Shown: one piece after another, positions 29,621-39,203 of the stretch | How the letters are laid out: each line of letters opens with the position of its first letter | Numbering within the stretch: the stretch's first letter is position 1 | NCBI GenBank assembly: GCA_034189385.1 | Contig: JAXHVD010000019.1 | Location: forward strand, 26,181 to 90,180 | Reading direction: 5' to 3' | DNA length: 64,000 nucleotides | Source: Thermodesulfobacteriota bacterium | GTDB taxonomy: Bacteria; Desulfobacterota; Desulfobacteria; Desulfobacterales; C00003060 | Position numbers and translations under genes: made by a program | Notes under the pieces: generated by a model | The model's database searches: none | Seen by the model: only the letters and a program-made list of their open reading frames with translations | What the model was told of the DNA's origin: nothing

Positions 29621-31578
29621 TCAGGGTAAAGGGCCTCTCTAAAACCTATTGTGCCGGAAAGGTGCCGGTGCCGGCCTTGCAGGACGTCACCCTTGAGATC
29701 GGCCAAGGGGAGTTTGTGGCTGTCATGGGACCGTCGGGCTCAGGAAAGTCCACCCTGTTGCATATCCTGGGATGCTTGGACCGTCCTGACAGCGGCTCGT
29801 ACAGCCTGCTCGGAACAGAGCTCTCCGAGTTGACGGACGACCAGTTGGCGCAGCTCAGAAATGGCCTGGTGGGTTTCGTCTTTCAACAGTTCCATCTCCT
29901 GCGGCGGGTAAGCGCCATTGAAAATACAGAGCTTCCCCTCATCTATGGGGGCAAGAAAGAGATCAGAAAAAGGGCCTACGAGAAGCTTCAGGCCGTGGGG
30001 CTGGCAAGACGGGAAGATCACCGCCCAAACGAACTTTCAGGTGGCGAGCAGCAACGGGTGGCCATTGCCCGGGCCCTGGTGGCAGATCCCATGATCATTT
30101 TTGCAGACGAGCCCACAGGAAACCTGGATAGCAAGAGCGAAAAGGAGATCATAGACATTCTTAAGACACTAAACGGCCAGGGAAAGACCATTATCATGGT
30201 GACCCACGAACCAGGGGTGGCAAGGCACGCCCAGAGGGTCATTTCGATGCGGGACGGAAAGATCGTCTCTGATGAGGTCAAGAAGGCGCCTATGTCAACG
30301 CGCCTGAAGACCGATGGGTCAATATTAGATATCCTCTCCCACAAGCGCTTGTCTTTCGGCCGCATGGCCTTTGTGCAGCACTTGCGTCAGTCCATGCGGG
30401 CGATTCTGTCCAACAAGGTGCGCTCCTTTCTTTCCATGTTGGGTATCCTTTTTGGGGTTGCCGCTGTGATCGCCATGCTCGCCTTGGGAGAAGGGGCCAA
30501 GGCCTCCATCGAGGAAAAGCTAAAGAGCCTGGGGTCGAACCTCCTTTCTGTCCGGGCCGGTTCGGCCAAGGTGAGGGGGGTGGCTGCGGCAGCCGGATCG
30601 GTGACCCGATTTACCTTTGATGACGTGGCGGCCGTCCGGGAGCTCACCCCCTTGGTGAGCAAGGTCAGCGCCTATTCCAGGGGAAGCGGACAGGTAGTCT
30701 ATGAAAACGAGAATTGGAGCACCAGCGTTCAGGGTGTGGGCTTTGATTACGGTACTATGCGCGCCAGTGTTCCCACTGTGGGGAGGTGGTTTACCCAAGA
30801 GGAGATCGGCAGGCGCGAGAAGGTGGCCATCTTGGGTCAAACGGTTGTGGAGCACCTCTTTGGCAACACCAGCCCCGTTGGCGAGACCGTTAAGATCAAT
30901 CGCATCTATTTCAAGGTCATCGGTATCGCCCCTGAGAAAGGCTTTGGCGGGCACCGCGATTTTGACGATACCGTCTATGTCCCTGTCACCACGGCCATGT
31001 ACAGGGTCCTAGGCAAAGACTATCTTGACGGCATCTATGCGGAGGTGGCAGACGCAGACTCTGTGGAAAAGGCCCAGGAAAAGATCAGCCAACTGATCAG
31101 GAAGCGTCACAGACTCCCCAAAGACGACGAGGACTCCTTCTATATCAGAGACATGAGCGAGATTCAGGAGATGTTAACAAGCACCACCGAGACCATGGGT
31201 CTCCTTTTGGGGTGCATTGCCGCCATCTCCCTTATCGTGGGGGGGATCGGGATCATGAACATTATGCTGGTCTCTGTGACAGAGCGCACAGGCGAAATTG
31301 GCCTCCGCAAGGCCGTGGGGGCCTCTGGGGCAGACATCATGTCCCAGTTCTTGATCGAATCGGTGGTCATGACTTTTAGTGGGGGGATCATCGGGATTCT
31401 CTTGGGCGGCGGCACGGCATTTGTGATGTCTGCAGTCGTGGGATGGTCTACGGAGGTAACCCTTTTCAGTATTGTCTTGTCCACCACCTTTTCCATTGCC
31501 GTAGGGATCGGGTTTGGTCTTTGGCCGGCCCGCAAGGCCTCGGAGTTAAACCCCATAGAGGCATTGCGGTATGAATAG
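29617..31578 (+). CDS. macB: MacB-type fused ABC ATPase/permease
   Basis: [71 protein letters not shown]. Confidence 0.95.
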   Translation: MIRVKGLSKTYCAGKVPVPALQDVTLEIGQGEFVAVMGPSGSGKSTLLHILGCLDRPDSGSYSLLGTELSELTDDQLAQLRNGLVGFVFQQFHLLRRVSAIENTELPLIYGGKKEIRKRAYEKLQAVGLARREDHRPNELSGGEQQRVAIARALVADPMIIFADEPTGNLDSKSEKEIIDILKTLNGQGKTIIMVTHEPGVARHAQRVISMRDGKIVSDEVKKAPMSTRLKTDGSILDILSHKRLSFGRMAFVQHLRQSMRAILSNKVRSFLSMLGILFGVAAVIAMLALGEGAKASIEEKLKSLGSNLLSVRAGSAKVRGVAAAAGSVTRFTFDDVAAVRELTPLVSKVSAYSRGSGQVVYENENWSTSVQGVGFDYGTMRASVPTVGRWFTQEEIGRREKVAILGQTVVEHLFGNTSPVGETVKINRIYFKVIGIAPEKGFGGHRDFDDTVYVPVTTAMYRVLGKDYLDGIYAEVADADSVEKAQEKISQLIRKRHRLPKDDEDSFYIRDMSEIQEMLTSTTETMGLLLGCIAAISLIVGGIGIMNIMLVSVTERTGEIGLRKAVGASGADIMSQFLIESVVMTFSGGIIGILLGGGTAFVMSAVVGWSTEVTLFSIVLSTTFSIAVGIGFGLWPARKASELNPIEALRYE

Positions 31579-31951
31579 GCTTGGGTGGTGTGCAACTCCC
31601 TCTTTTTTCTGATCGGTTGTTCCTTCCTATGGACGTCCTATGGGGCGATGCTCTATGTGAAAAGCCGAACCCGAGCCGAGGCCCGTCTGAATCTTCGTGT
31701 GTGGGCACTTGGTTTGCTCTGTCTCTGGGGTCGTAGTGGGCCTCTGGGTTTGTGCTTACTAGCCTCTCGCCGGAGATCCATGTCTTCCCCAACCCTGATG
31801 ATATTGAACCACAGGGGCGATCTGCGACACGGCACCGCCCGTTTCCCACCCAGTGGATTGTTTCCTGGACAGGGTAGCCCCCACATCAAGTGCTCCACCC
31901 TGCGTCAACCCATGAAAGGGCACGCTGTCAGACGGGAAACAAATACATGCC

Positions 31952-32032
31952 TTATATATTATTATTTATATATAGATATATTAAATAGTATATTATATAT
32001 TATATATTTATGTTTAAATTCATGAAATATAT
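31952..32032. other. Extreme A/T tract
   Basis: 31952-32020 has only three G and no C in 69 nt, within otherwise mid-GC sequence. Confidence 0.9.
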
Positions 32033-32471
32033 GCACAGGATATTTCTCATCCTAGAGGATCTCATTTTTTATTTTCCCTTTTGGGGTTGCCTATTAGAAT
32101 TTCAATTCCTATTATATAGATCTGTTTCATTGGAGACAGAAAACTTTGTTGCCCCTAGGCGACAACCCAAAAGACCAGGACCTGTGTTGGAACCTAAACC
32201 CCATTGAAGTTCTAAAGAAAAACGCAATCACAGCTAACGGCCACAGTTGGCCCACGTTTTCTATGCCAAATAAGGAAAAGGCGTGGCGTGGCGCGGGCGA
32301 AAAGTCCCGTGCTCCCCTTAGACTAAGTACAGGAAAGGAGGGTTTTGGACATATTCTTTATCTAGAATGCAGTTCACCTAAAAGGGTAAATAGCCCTTGG
32401 AAAACTTATATCCACAGTACCCTCGGCTTCTGCAACACCAGGGGCAAGACAAGAGAAAGGAGAAAAGAGGA

Positions 32472-33023
32472 ATGCAAAGAATGTGTGTATTGGTGATGAT
32501 GGCAATCATTCTGGCGGGCGCGGTGGGCTCCCCGCAGGTCGTGTTGTCGGCCTGACCCCCTGTGAGCACGTCTCCTCCGGCGGGGGGGACAGTGGCGCCC
32601 AGCGCACCTGCGCCTGTAAGAGAATTAGGCATAAGTGAACCGATGAGAGATTTTCTGGACAACATCGCCCCAGCGAGGGAGCCCGGCATCAGCCCCTTGG
32701 ATCGCTTCAGAAACCGATTATCGGGGGGCGTTTTAGGGAGCACTCCCACGTCGGCAGGGGCACTCTTTGGAAGACCACAGGGTGTTCTCGGCAGGGTATT
32801 AGGGGGCCTGAACGCCCGCAGCGGGCTGGAACGCTTCGGCCTTTTTGCATCAGGCACAAACGGCACGGCATCAGGGCCGCCCGTTTCCAACCAGGGCGGG
32901 TATGACACCAACAAAGAGCCTGGTTCCGCCTGTGGTGATACGGCACCACCTTCTGTCATCGGGGGCTGGGCCTTTGAGACTCCCGTTGCCACTCCGCCTG
33001 AACCTTGGTACCAGTTGCAGTAG
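32472..33023 (+). CDS. Candidate exported (lipo)selenoprotein, 183 aa, Sec at in-frame UGA 32553-32555 (alternatively a nonsense pseudogene)
   Basis: AGGAG/GAGG RBS; signal peptide MQRMCVLVMMAIILAGAVGSPQVVLSA, then TGA, then in-frame PP plus the 153-aa ORF 32562-33023; SECIS-like hairpin; terminator downstream. Confidence 0.6.
32567..32594 (+). other. SECIS-like stem-loop
   Basis: CAC-GUCUCCUCC-GGC-GGGGGGGAC-A-GUG; the G-initial apical loop begins 23 nt after the UGA. Confidence 0.6.
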
Positions 33024-33034
33024 TCCACACATAA

Positions 33035-33075
33035 GCACCGGCTGCCCTCTGCAGGGCCCGGTGCCAGTGCTTTTT
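33035..33075 (+). terminator. Probable intrinsic terminator after the 32472-33023 gene
   Basis: GCACCGG-CT-GCCCT/AGGGC-CCGGTGC stem followed 6 nt later by TTTTT. Confidence 0.55.
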
Positions 33076-33346
33076 ACCACAGATCCACTCCAACCCACAA
33101 AGGCTAATGCCTGACCGAATTGGCCAGGCATTAGCTTCGCGCTCTTCCACAAAGTCCGTAGTATCTCTTATTCAAAAGGTTATTTGGCGGAAAGCTGCTG
33201 GCCAGGGCCATTCGCCCGCCAAAACCTCCCACAAGCTTCCCCTTTGGGCCATTTTTCCGCTTTTTTACCTCTTCTTGTCTCTTGATCAGTTTTCTCGGAA
33301 CATATCAAAGGCTTGTAGGCTACTCTGGGCCTGCCAGACGCTATGG

Positions 33347-33405
33347 CTAATCAATTCTTGACGCCACCTTAATTAAATGGACATCGTCCTAACAGAATGC
33401 TAATA
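33347..33405 (+). promoter_or_regulatory. Pho-box-like 11-bp-spaced repeats upstream of the PiT transporter
   Basis: CTAATC/TTGACG/TTAATT at 33347/58/69 and TGGACA/CTAACA/CTAATA at 33378/89/400. Confidence 0.45.
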
Positions 33406-33717
33406 AAACGCCGCGTGGCCATGAGGCCACGGGGTGTCTGGAAAAAACGGCGCTGCTTCGCAAGGTCGCCCCAAAAAGGCTTGTTCTGTCCAGTCTCTAA
33501 CCTTCAAAGCGTTTCCGCTATACGTGACAGTCGCCTACTACCTCCGCGTCACATACAGTCGCGTCACGGAATACGCTTTTGTAGTGCCGCCCATTCGTCA
33601 ATGATGGAGACAGCGAGCCACACCGGCCATGCCCCTCGTGAGGCCTTCATGATGAGGCCGTTCGATGTGCGAGTGATCGCTATCAGGTAAGGGCAACCAT
33701 CTGAAAAAGGCCATTGT

Positions 33718-35955
33718 ATGGATCTCTATCTGTTGTCAATATTCGTACTGATCGGTCTTGCGATTTCCGACCTGATTGTCGGCGTTGTCAATGACGCCGT
33801 CAACTTCTTGAACTCTTCAATAGGCTCCAAGGTAGCGCCACGCCATGTGATTATGATCATCGCAAGTCTGGGAATACTGGCAGGTGTGACCTTTTCCAGT
33901 GGAATGATGGAGGTGGCAAGAAAAGGGATATTCCATCCAAAGTTTTTCGTCATGCCGGAACTCATTACCATTTTTCTGGCCGTTATGCTTACGGACATCA
34001 TCCTTCTCGATCTTTTTAATACTTATGGCCTGCCCACATCAACCACGGTATCCATCGTCTTCGAGCTCCTGGGCTCTGCCGTGGCCGTATCCTTGATTAA
34101 GATTTACACGGCGGGCCATAGCCTTGTTACACTGGTGAATTACATAAACACTGGGAAAGCCCTCGCCATTATTTCCGGAATTCTCCTGTCCATTGTGATT
34201 GCATTTTTTTCTGGAGTCATTGTTCAGTTTATAGCTCGCGTTGCATTGACATTTGATTACAGAAAACGTCTTAAGCGTTTTGGGGGTATTTGGGGGGGCC
34301 TCTCCCTCGCAATCATAACCTATTTCATACTGATAAAGGGTGCCAAGGGGACATCATTTCTAACGCCCCAGTCCATTGCCTGGATCAGCACTCATGGGTT
34401 GATCATACTGTCACTTGGCTTTGGGGTTTTTGGTCTTATTTTTCAACTGTTGGCAATCTATACGAAGATCAACATCCTGAAACCGATTGTCTTGCTTGGA
34501 ACCTTTTCCCTTGCAATGGCCTTTGCCGGCAATGATCTTGTAAATTTCATTGGTGTTCCCCTGGCCGGACTGAATGCCTATCATATCGCTTCAGCGTCTC
34601 ATGAACCCCTGCGCGTGACCATGGATGCCCTTCAAAAACCTATCCAGACGAATACATTGCTGCTGCTGATCGCCGGGGCAATCATGGTCGTCACCTTATG
34701 GGTGTCCAGGAAGTCCCGCACAGTCACTCAAACAGAAATCAGTCTGGGCAGGCAGGAAGAAGGCCTGGAACGCTTTTCTTCTTCGGTACTTTCAAGAAGT
34801 ATTGTACGTCTGTCTCATGCGGTCTTTTCCTTTTCAAATAGATTCATGCCCGTATCTTTGAGGAAGACAATCTCCCGCCGTTTGGACCCAGGTGCCTACA
34901 GTTGTGCACCTTCAATAGACGGGAAAATGCCTTCTTTTGACCTGGTACGCGCTTCTGTAAACCTTATTGTTGCAAGTGCTGTCGTTTCCTTTGCAACATC
35001 ATTGAAGCTTCCGCTTTCAACAACGTACGTTACATTCATGGTGTCTATGGGAACATCGCTTTCGGACCAGGCGTGGGGAAGAGAAAGCGCTGTCTATAGA
35101 GTGACAGGGGTGCTTACGGTAATAGGTGGATGGTTTCTGACAGCACTTGTGGCGTTTTCAGTCTCCCTTGTTTTTGCATTTGCCATATATTACTTTAAAC
35201 TCCTGGCCGTTTTAGGCTTACTGGTGCTTTTGATTTCTGCTGTAGTCCACAGCTACCGTCTTCATTTCAGAAGGGAAAAAGAGAGCCGTGCGATCGAAGC
35301 CTTCAGCCTAAAGGACATCAGTGATTCCCACGCTGCAATCAACGCTTCTTTTGAGCAGACCGGGTGCTTTCTAAAGGAGATCAGCGATAGTCTGGGGCTG
35401 TCTTTTGAAGCCGCCTTTTCGGAGGACAGGCAAAGGCTGAGAGATACTACGACCTGGACAGATAGGATTCAGAAATGGGCTAACATTATTATCATAAATG
35501 TTTTTGAAACGCTTTTTCTTCTTCGTGATAATGCTGTGGACAGCACGCAGAAATACGCAAGAACCATAAGCTGCATACAGGGTATTGTGGCAAGCCACAG
35601 AGATATCATCAAGCGCTCTTATGTGCATTTTGAAAACTGTCACGAAGGATTTAGTGATGTTCAGAAAGAAGAGCTAAGGCGGATCAAAACATATATTACC
35701 CGGCTGTTATGGAACACCTCCATCATGTTAAGGCAGAGGAAAAAAGTTGATTACGATTATGTTGCTAACCAACGTCGGAAATTGAACAACCTGGTTACTG
35801 AATTTGACAAGAACCAGATAAGACGGATACAACACGCTGAATCCAGGACCCGCTTGAACATTCTCTATTACGGATTGATGGAAAACTCCGTCAACATTGC
35901 CCAACACACACAGAATTTGCTTGATATCTTCAGGGAATCTTTCAGAGCGAAATAA
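33718..35955 (+). CDS. Inorganic phosphate transporter (PiT/PHO4 family) with C-terminal helical PhoU-like region
   Basis: GVVNDAVNF, GLPTSTT, FAGNDLVNF, LPLSTT PiT signatures; long soluble helical tail. Confidence 0.9.
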   Translation: MDLYLLSIFVLIGLAISDLIVGVVNDAVNFLNSSIGSKVAPRHVIMIIASLGILAGVTFSSGMMEVARKGIFHPKFFVMPELITIFLAVMLTDIILLDLFNTYGLPTSTTVSIVFELLGSAVAVSLIKIYTAGHSLVTLVNYINTGKALAIISGILLSIVIAFFSGVIVQFIARVALTFDYRKRLKRFGGIWGGLSLAIITYFILIKGAKGTSFLTPQSIAWISTHGLIILSLGFGVFGLIFQLLAIYTKINILKPIVLLGTFSLAMAFAGNDLVNFIGVPLAGLNAYHIASASHEPLRVTMDALQKPIQTNTLLLLIAGAIMVVTLWVSRKSRTVTQTEISLGRQEEGLERFSSSVLSRSIVRLSHAVFSFSNRFMPVSLRKTISRRLDPGAYSCAPSIDGKMPSFDLVRASVNLIVASAVVSFATSLKLPLSTTYVTFMVSMGTSLSDQAWGRESAVYRVTGVLTVIGGWFLTALVAFSVSLVFAFAIYYFKLLAVLGLLVLLISAVVHSYRLHFRREKESRAIEAFSLKDISDSHAAINASFEQTGCFLKEISDSLGLSFEAAFSEDRQRLRDTTTWTDRIQKWANIIIINVFETLFLLRDNAVDSTQKYARTISCIQGIVASHRDIIKRSYVHFENCHEGFSDVQKEELRRIKTYITRLLWNTSIMLRQRKKVDYDYVANQRRKLNNLVTEFDKNQIRRIQHAESRTRLNILYYGLMENSVNIAQHTQNLLDIFRESFRAK

Positions 35956-35998
35956 CTATTTGAAATGAAGGGATTTTTCTCGGCACGAGGAGGGGGTA

Positions 35999-36694
35999 AT
36001 GCGTATTCCATTTCTTTCGGGGTTTTCCATCTCGCCATTTGACGGTCTCCAGGAACATGCAGAGAAGGTCAAAGAGTGTGGATGGGCATTTCAGCAGGCC
36101 ATAGAGTGCCATGCCGCAGAGAAATGCAAGATGTTTGACGAATACCGTCAGGAAGTCACTAGGCTGGAGAATGAAGCTGATGCTGTAAAACGCAGGATCC
36201 GTGGGCACTTACCAATGGGAACAAGGCTCCCCGTGAGTCGATTTCAGGTGTTCATGTACTTGAAGGAACAGGACAAGGTCCTGGATTCTGTTGAAGAGGC
36301 CCTTAATTGGCTCTCCTATCGACGTACCCCACGCATCGGGAATAACGAAATAAAGGAGTCGTTGTTCCGTCTTGTTGATGCTGTGCTTGAACCCATTGAA
36401 GAGCTAAGTAGATTGGTGGCTGAGGCGAAGAAGTACTTTGACAGTTACTCTGAGAAACAGCGCAACATTGTGAAAGATATTATTCGCAATCTTCGAAAGA
36501 GGGAGCATGAGGCGGACATGGTTGAAGACGAATTGAAATACAAGGTCTTCAGTATGGAAACAGACCCAGTAGCCATATTTCATCTCGTCAAGCTTGCTGA
36601 AATCATCGGTGCTGTTGCTGATCATGCAGAAAATACGGGAGATGTGATGAGGGGTATGATTGCACGGAAAGAAAAGACCTTTTTTGGTAAATAG
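35999..36694 (+). CDS. DUF47/TIGR00153 Pit-accessory (PhoU-like) protein
   Basis: SPFDGLQEH, LENEADAVKRRIR, EQDKVLD, EHEAD, IGAVADHAEN. Confidence 0.92.
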   Translation: MRIPFLSGFSISPFDGLQEHAEKVKECGWAFQQAIECHAAEKCKMFDEYRQEVTRLENEADAVKRRIRGHLPMGTRLPVSRFQVFMYLKEQDKVLDSVEEALNWLSYRRTPRIGNNEIKESLFRLVDAVLEPIEELSRLVAEAKKYFDSYSEKQRNIVKDIIRNLRKREHEADMVEDELKYKVFSMETDPVAIFHLVKLAEIIGAVADHAENTGDVMRGMIARKEKTFFGK

Positions 36695-36868
36695 ACAAGG
36701 GGGCTTTTTACGCCAGAAAATACCCTGTCCTTCGCGCCAATATCAAAGTCCTCTTGAAGGCCTGTGCCCCTGTATTTGCACTGCAGTGTAAGATCAAGGC
36801 CCTTACGAAGGCCCTACCAGGAAGTGGGCACGGGCCCCCATCCAAGGACGTCTGTCAGATGACAGAAC

Positions 36869-37792
36869 CTAGGTAATGCCATGAATGAGGATAAAAGACA
36901 GAAGGCCCGTCGAAACTGGCGTCAAAACCCAACCTATCCCTATCTTGGTAAGCATGCGCCCGCTAACGGTGCGCACCCCCCCCACGAGACCTACCCCTAC
37001 CACTGCCCCTACCACTGCCTGAGAAGAGGAGACCGGGACTCCGATTTGGGTGAAAACATGGAGGGTGCATCCAGTAGCCAGGACACAGATGAGGGCAGAA
37101 AAGGGATCCAGGGGGGCAATTCCCTTGCCCACAGTCATCATGACCTTTTGGCTATAAGTCAGCACCCCGCTGGCAATGCTCAAGCCTCCAATGAGTGAAG
37201 CTGTCCCAGTCGATAAGATCCCTGCCCCTACGTAAACGCCAGTGACGTTGGCCACGTTATTACAGCCCAAGGCATAGGCGGCGTAGGCGCCTGTGGTGAT
37301 GATCCCAAATGCATAGAGCATATTCCTGTATGTCATACTCTTGATTGTCAAGGCTAGGGTGTAATCCAAGAGGCGATGAAGGAAATAGGCGACGACGATC
37401 CCCATGACTGGCGTCAAGATCCAACACAGGACAATCCCCAATAGCTTAGAAAAATCGGGAGAACCCCCAAGAACGCTGGCACCAACGATAGCACCAATAA
37501 TTCCCTGGGAAGCCGAAGCAGGAATGGCAAGGTAGGTAAGGACAATCATGATAACGGCTGTGGCCAAGGTGCAACAGAATGCGTGCATGGGTGAAAGGCG
37601 AGATACTTCGTTCAACGTGGTCATGCATTTTGGACCCTCAAGGAGAGAGCCCAGCAGAACGAAGGCTGCAGTCAACAAGATGGCTGTTCTATATTGTATC
37701 GTTCCTGTGGCAACCCCCGTGCCGAAGATGTTGGCAGAGTCATTTGCACCCAGGCTCCAGCCCATGGAAACACCGCTGATTATCTTCCACAT
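36869..37792 (-). CDS. Inorganic phosphate transporter (short PiT family)
   Basis: GANDSANIFGT, PASASQ, GCNNVANV, GVPVSSSQAVVG. Confidence 0.92.
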   Translation of the reverse strand: MWKIISGVSMGWSLGANDSANIFGTGVATGTIQYRTAILLTAAFVLLGSLLEGPKCMTTLNEVSRLSPMHAFCCTLATAVIMIVLTYLAIPASASQGIIGAIVGASVLGGSPDFSKLLGIVLCWILTPVMGIVVAYFLHRLLDYTLALTIKSMTYRNMLYAFGIITTGAYAAYALGCNNVANVTGVYVGAGILSTGTASLIGGLSIASGVLTYSQKVMMTVGKGIAPLDPFSALICVLATGCTLHVFTQIGVPVSSSQAVVGAVVGVGLVGGVRTVSGRMLTKIGIGWVLTPVSTGLLSFILIHGIT

Positions 37793-37866
37793 TATCTACA
37801 TCTGTGCCCCAACTACACCTTTGAGACAAAATGGCGCCTTTCCCAAGGTGCCCGCATGTCATTCGG

Positions 37867-38499
37867 CTATTTCATAGCAACGTTGATGATCTGTACATAG
37901 TCGCTTGCGTCCTCAATGATGTCACTTATGGTGGTGAGACCGGAGAGAAAGTCAGCCAACACCTTTCCCTCCCAAAAGTTGTTTATTGGCGTTTTCCGAA
38001 TGTCTCTAAACAGGTCGAACTTGATGTCATCGACCTTCTTTTCGTATATTCTCACGGCAAGCGTCTTCTCACTGAGATCCTCCCCTTTCAACATGGCCTC
38101 AAAGGTCAAGAGGAGCATTTCACATATTCTCTGATTCAACAAAGCCACCCTCACACACTCGTCTTGCATCTCCTCCGGCAGTTTTGCGTCCAGATAGAAA
38201 AGAGCCGTGTCTTCTAAAATGTCAAAGACACCATCAACGACTTCAACGAATTTGCACAGATCCGGCCGAATATAAGGCAAAAAGGCCCCGTCATGTACCT
38301 TTGAGATGATCTCTCTGCGAATGGAATCGCCTTCACGTTCCAGGTCGATGACATCATGCACGAGGCTTCGATTATCCTTCTCCAAGGCAGACTTGAAGGA
38401 ACCACAGGCAGTGCAAAGAAGCCTGATATGCCGCTTCATGTCTTCCACGACTTGCCGCTCCCGTTTGCCCTGAGATAGCGCCTTTCTAAGAAAGATCAT
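37867..38499 (-). CDS. DUF47 Pit-accessory protein
   Basis: LEREGDSIRREI..GAFLP..RPDL; YEKKVDDIK; ISDIIEDASD. Confidence 0.88.
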   Translation of the reverse strand: MIFLRKALSQGKRERQVVEDMKRHIRLLCTACGSFKSALEKDNRSLVHDVIDLEREGDSIRREIISKVHDGAFLPYIRPDLCKFVEVVDGVFDILEDTALFYLDAKLPEEMQDECVRVALLNQRICEMLLLTFEAMLKGEDLSEKTLAVRIYEKKVDDIKFDLFRDIRKTPINNFWEGKVLADFLSGLTTISDIIEDASDYVQIINVAMK

Positions 38500-38890
38500 T
38501 TCCCCTCGCCCTTCTCACAAGCGTGGCCGTCATAAGATCCATCAGAGAAACCACGCCAATGATCTTCTCGCCATCGCAAACGAAAATGCGTGCCACGTCC
38601 GCTTCTTGCATTGACTTTGCCATATCATCCAACTCGGTGTTCTTGTCGACGCAATACAAGGGCCTTGATGCAACGTGGGAGGCTTTGGTCTTTTTCAGAT
38701 CGATCCCTTTGGCCAAAGCCTTGAAGACAATATCCCTTGCCGTTATGACACCATTCTCGGTTTCATTTCCAGGAAAGACGACGACCAAAGAACGAATACG
38801 TCTATCCACCATTTTCTCTATGGCGTCATATACCGATTTGTCACAGTCAATAGACTCGATTCTGGTCGTCATGAACTCACGGAACTTCAT
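38486..38890 (-). CDS. CBS-domain pair protein
   Basis: EFMT..SVYDAIEKM..RSLVV..GVITARD; second CBS IIGVVSLMDL; GGAGG RBS before ATG 38890. Confidence 0.9.
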   Translation of the reverse strand: MKFREFMTTRIESIDCDKSVYDAIEKMVDRRIRSLVVVFPGNETENGVITARDIVFKALAKGIDLKKTKASHVASRPLYCVDKNTELDDMAKSMQEADVARIFVCDGEKIIGVVSLMDLMTATLVRRARGNDLS

Positions 38891-39203
38891 AGCAAACCTC
38901 CCACAACGCAGAGTGATCATTGCCCAGGGGTGATACCATGTCCTGATGGATCAGACATGATAAACAACCCATCTACTGAGTCCAGGTACGGCAGGATAGA
39001 TATCACCATTAGCACCTTCCGTCCAATTCGAAAAGCGGTATTCACTGCAACGACAACTTGTTGAAGACTTGACGCATTCCGGCCGCAATGACACGCGTCT
39101 TCAAACGTGCCTTTACATGGGAACCCCGGCACGGAGAGTAAAATTTGAGGATTGATTCCGACGTGTTAATGCTCTATGAAAAGGTATCACGGAGGGGGCA
39201 GGC

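Noticed and set aside
33021..33023. Pyrrolysine read-through at the TAG followed by a hairpin
   Set aside because: The hairpin has a T-tract and fits a terminator; no pyl genes or methyltransferase context in the window.
32378..33028. 216-aa minus-strand ORF
   Set aside because: No convincing RBS or motifs; the plus strand has the RBS, signal peptide and terminator, so this is likely its shadow.
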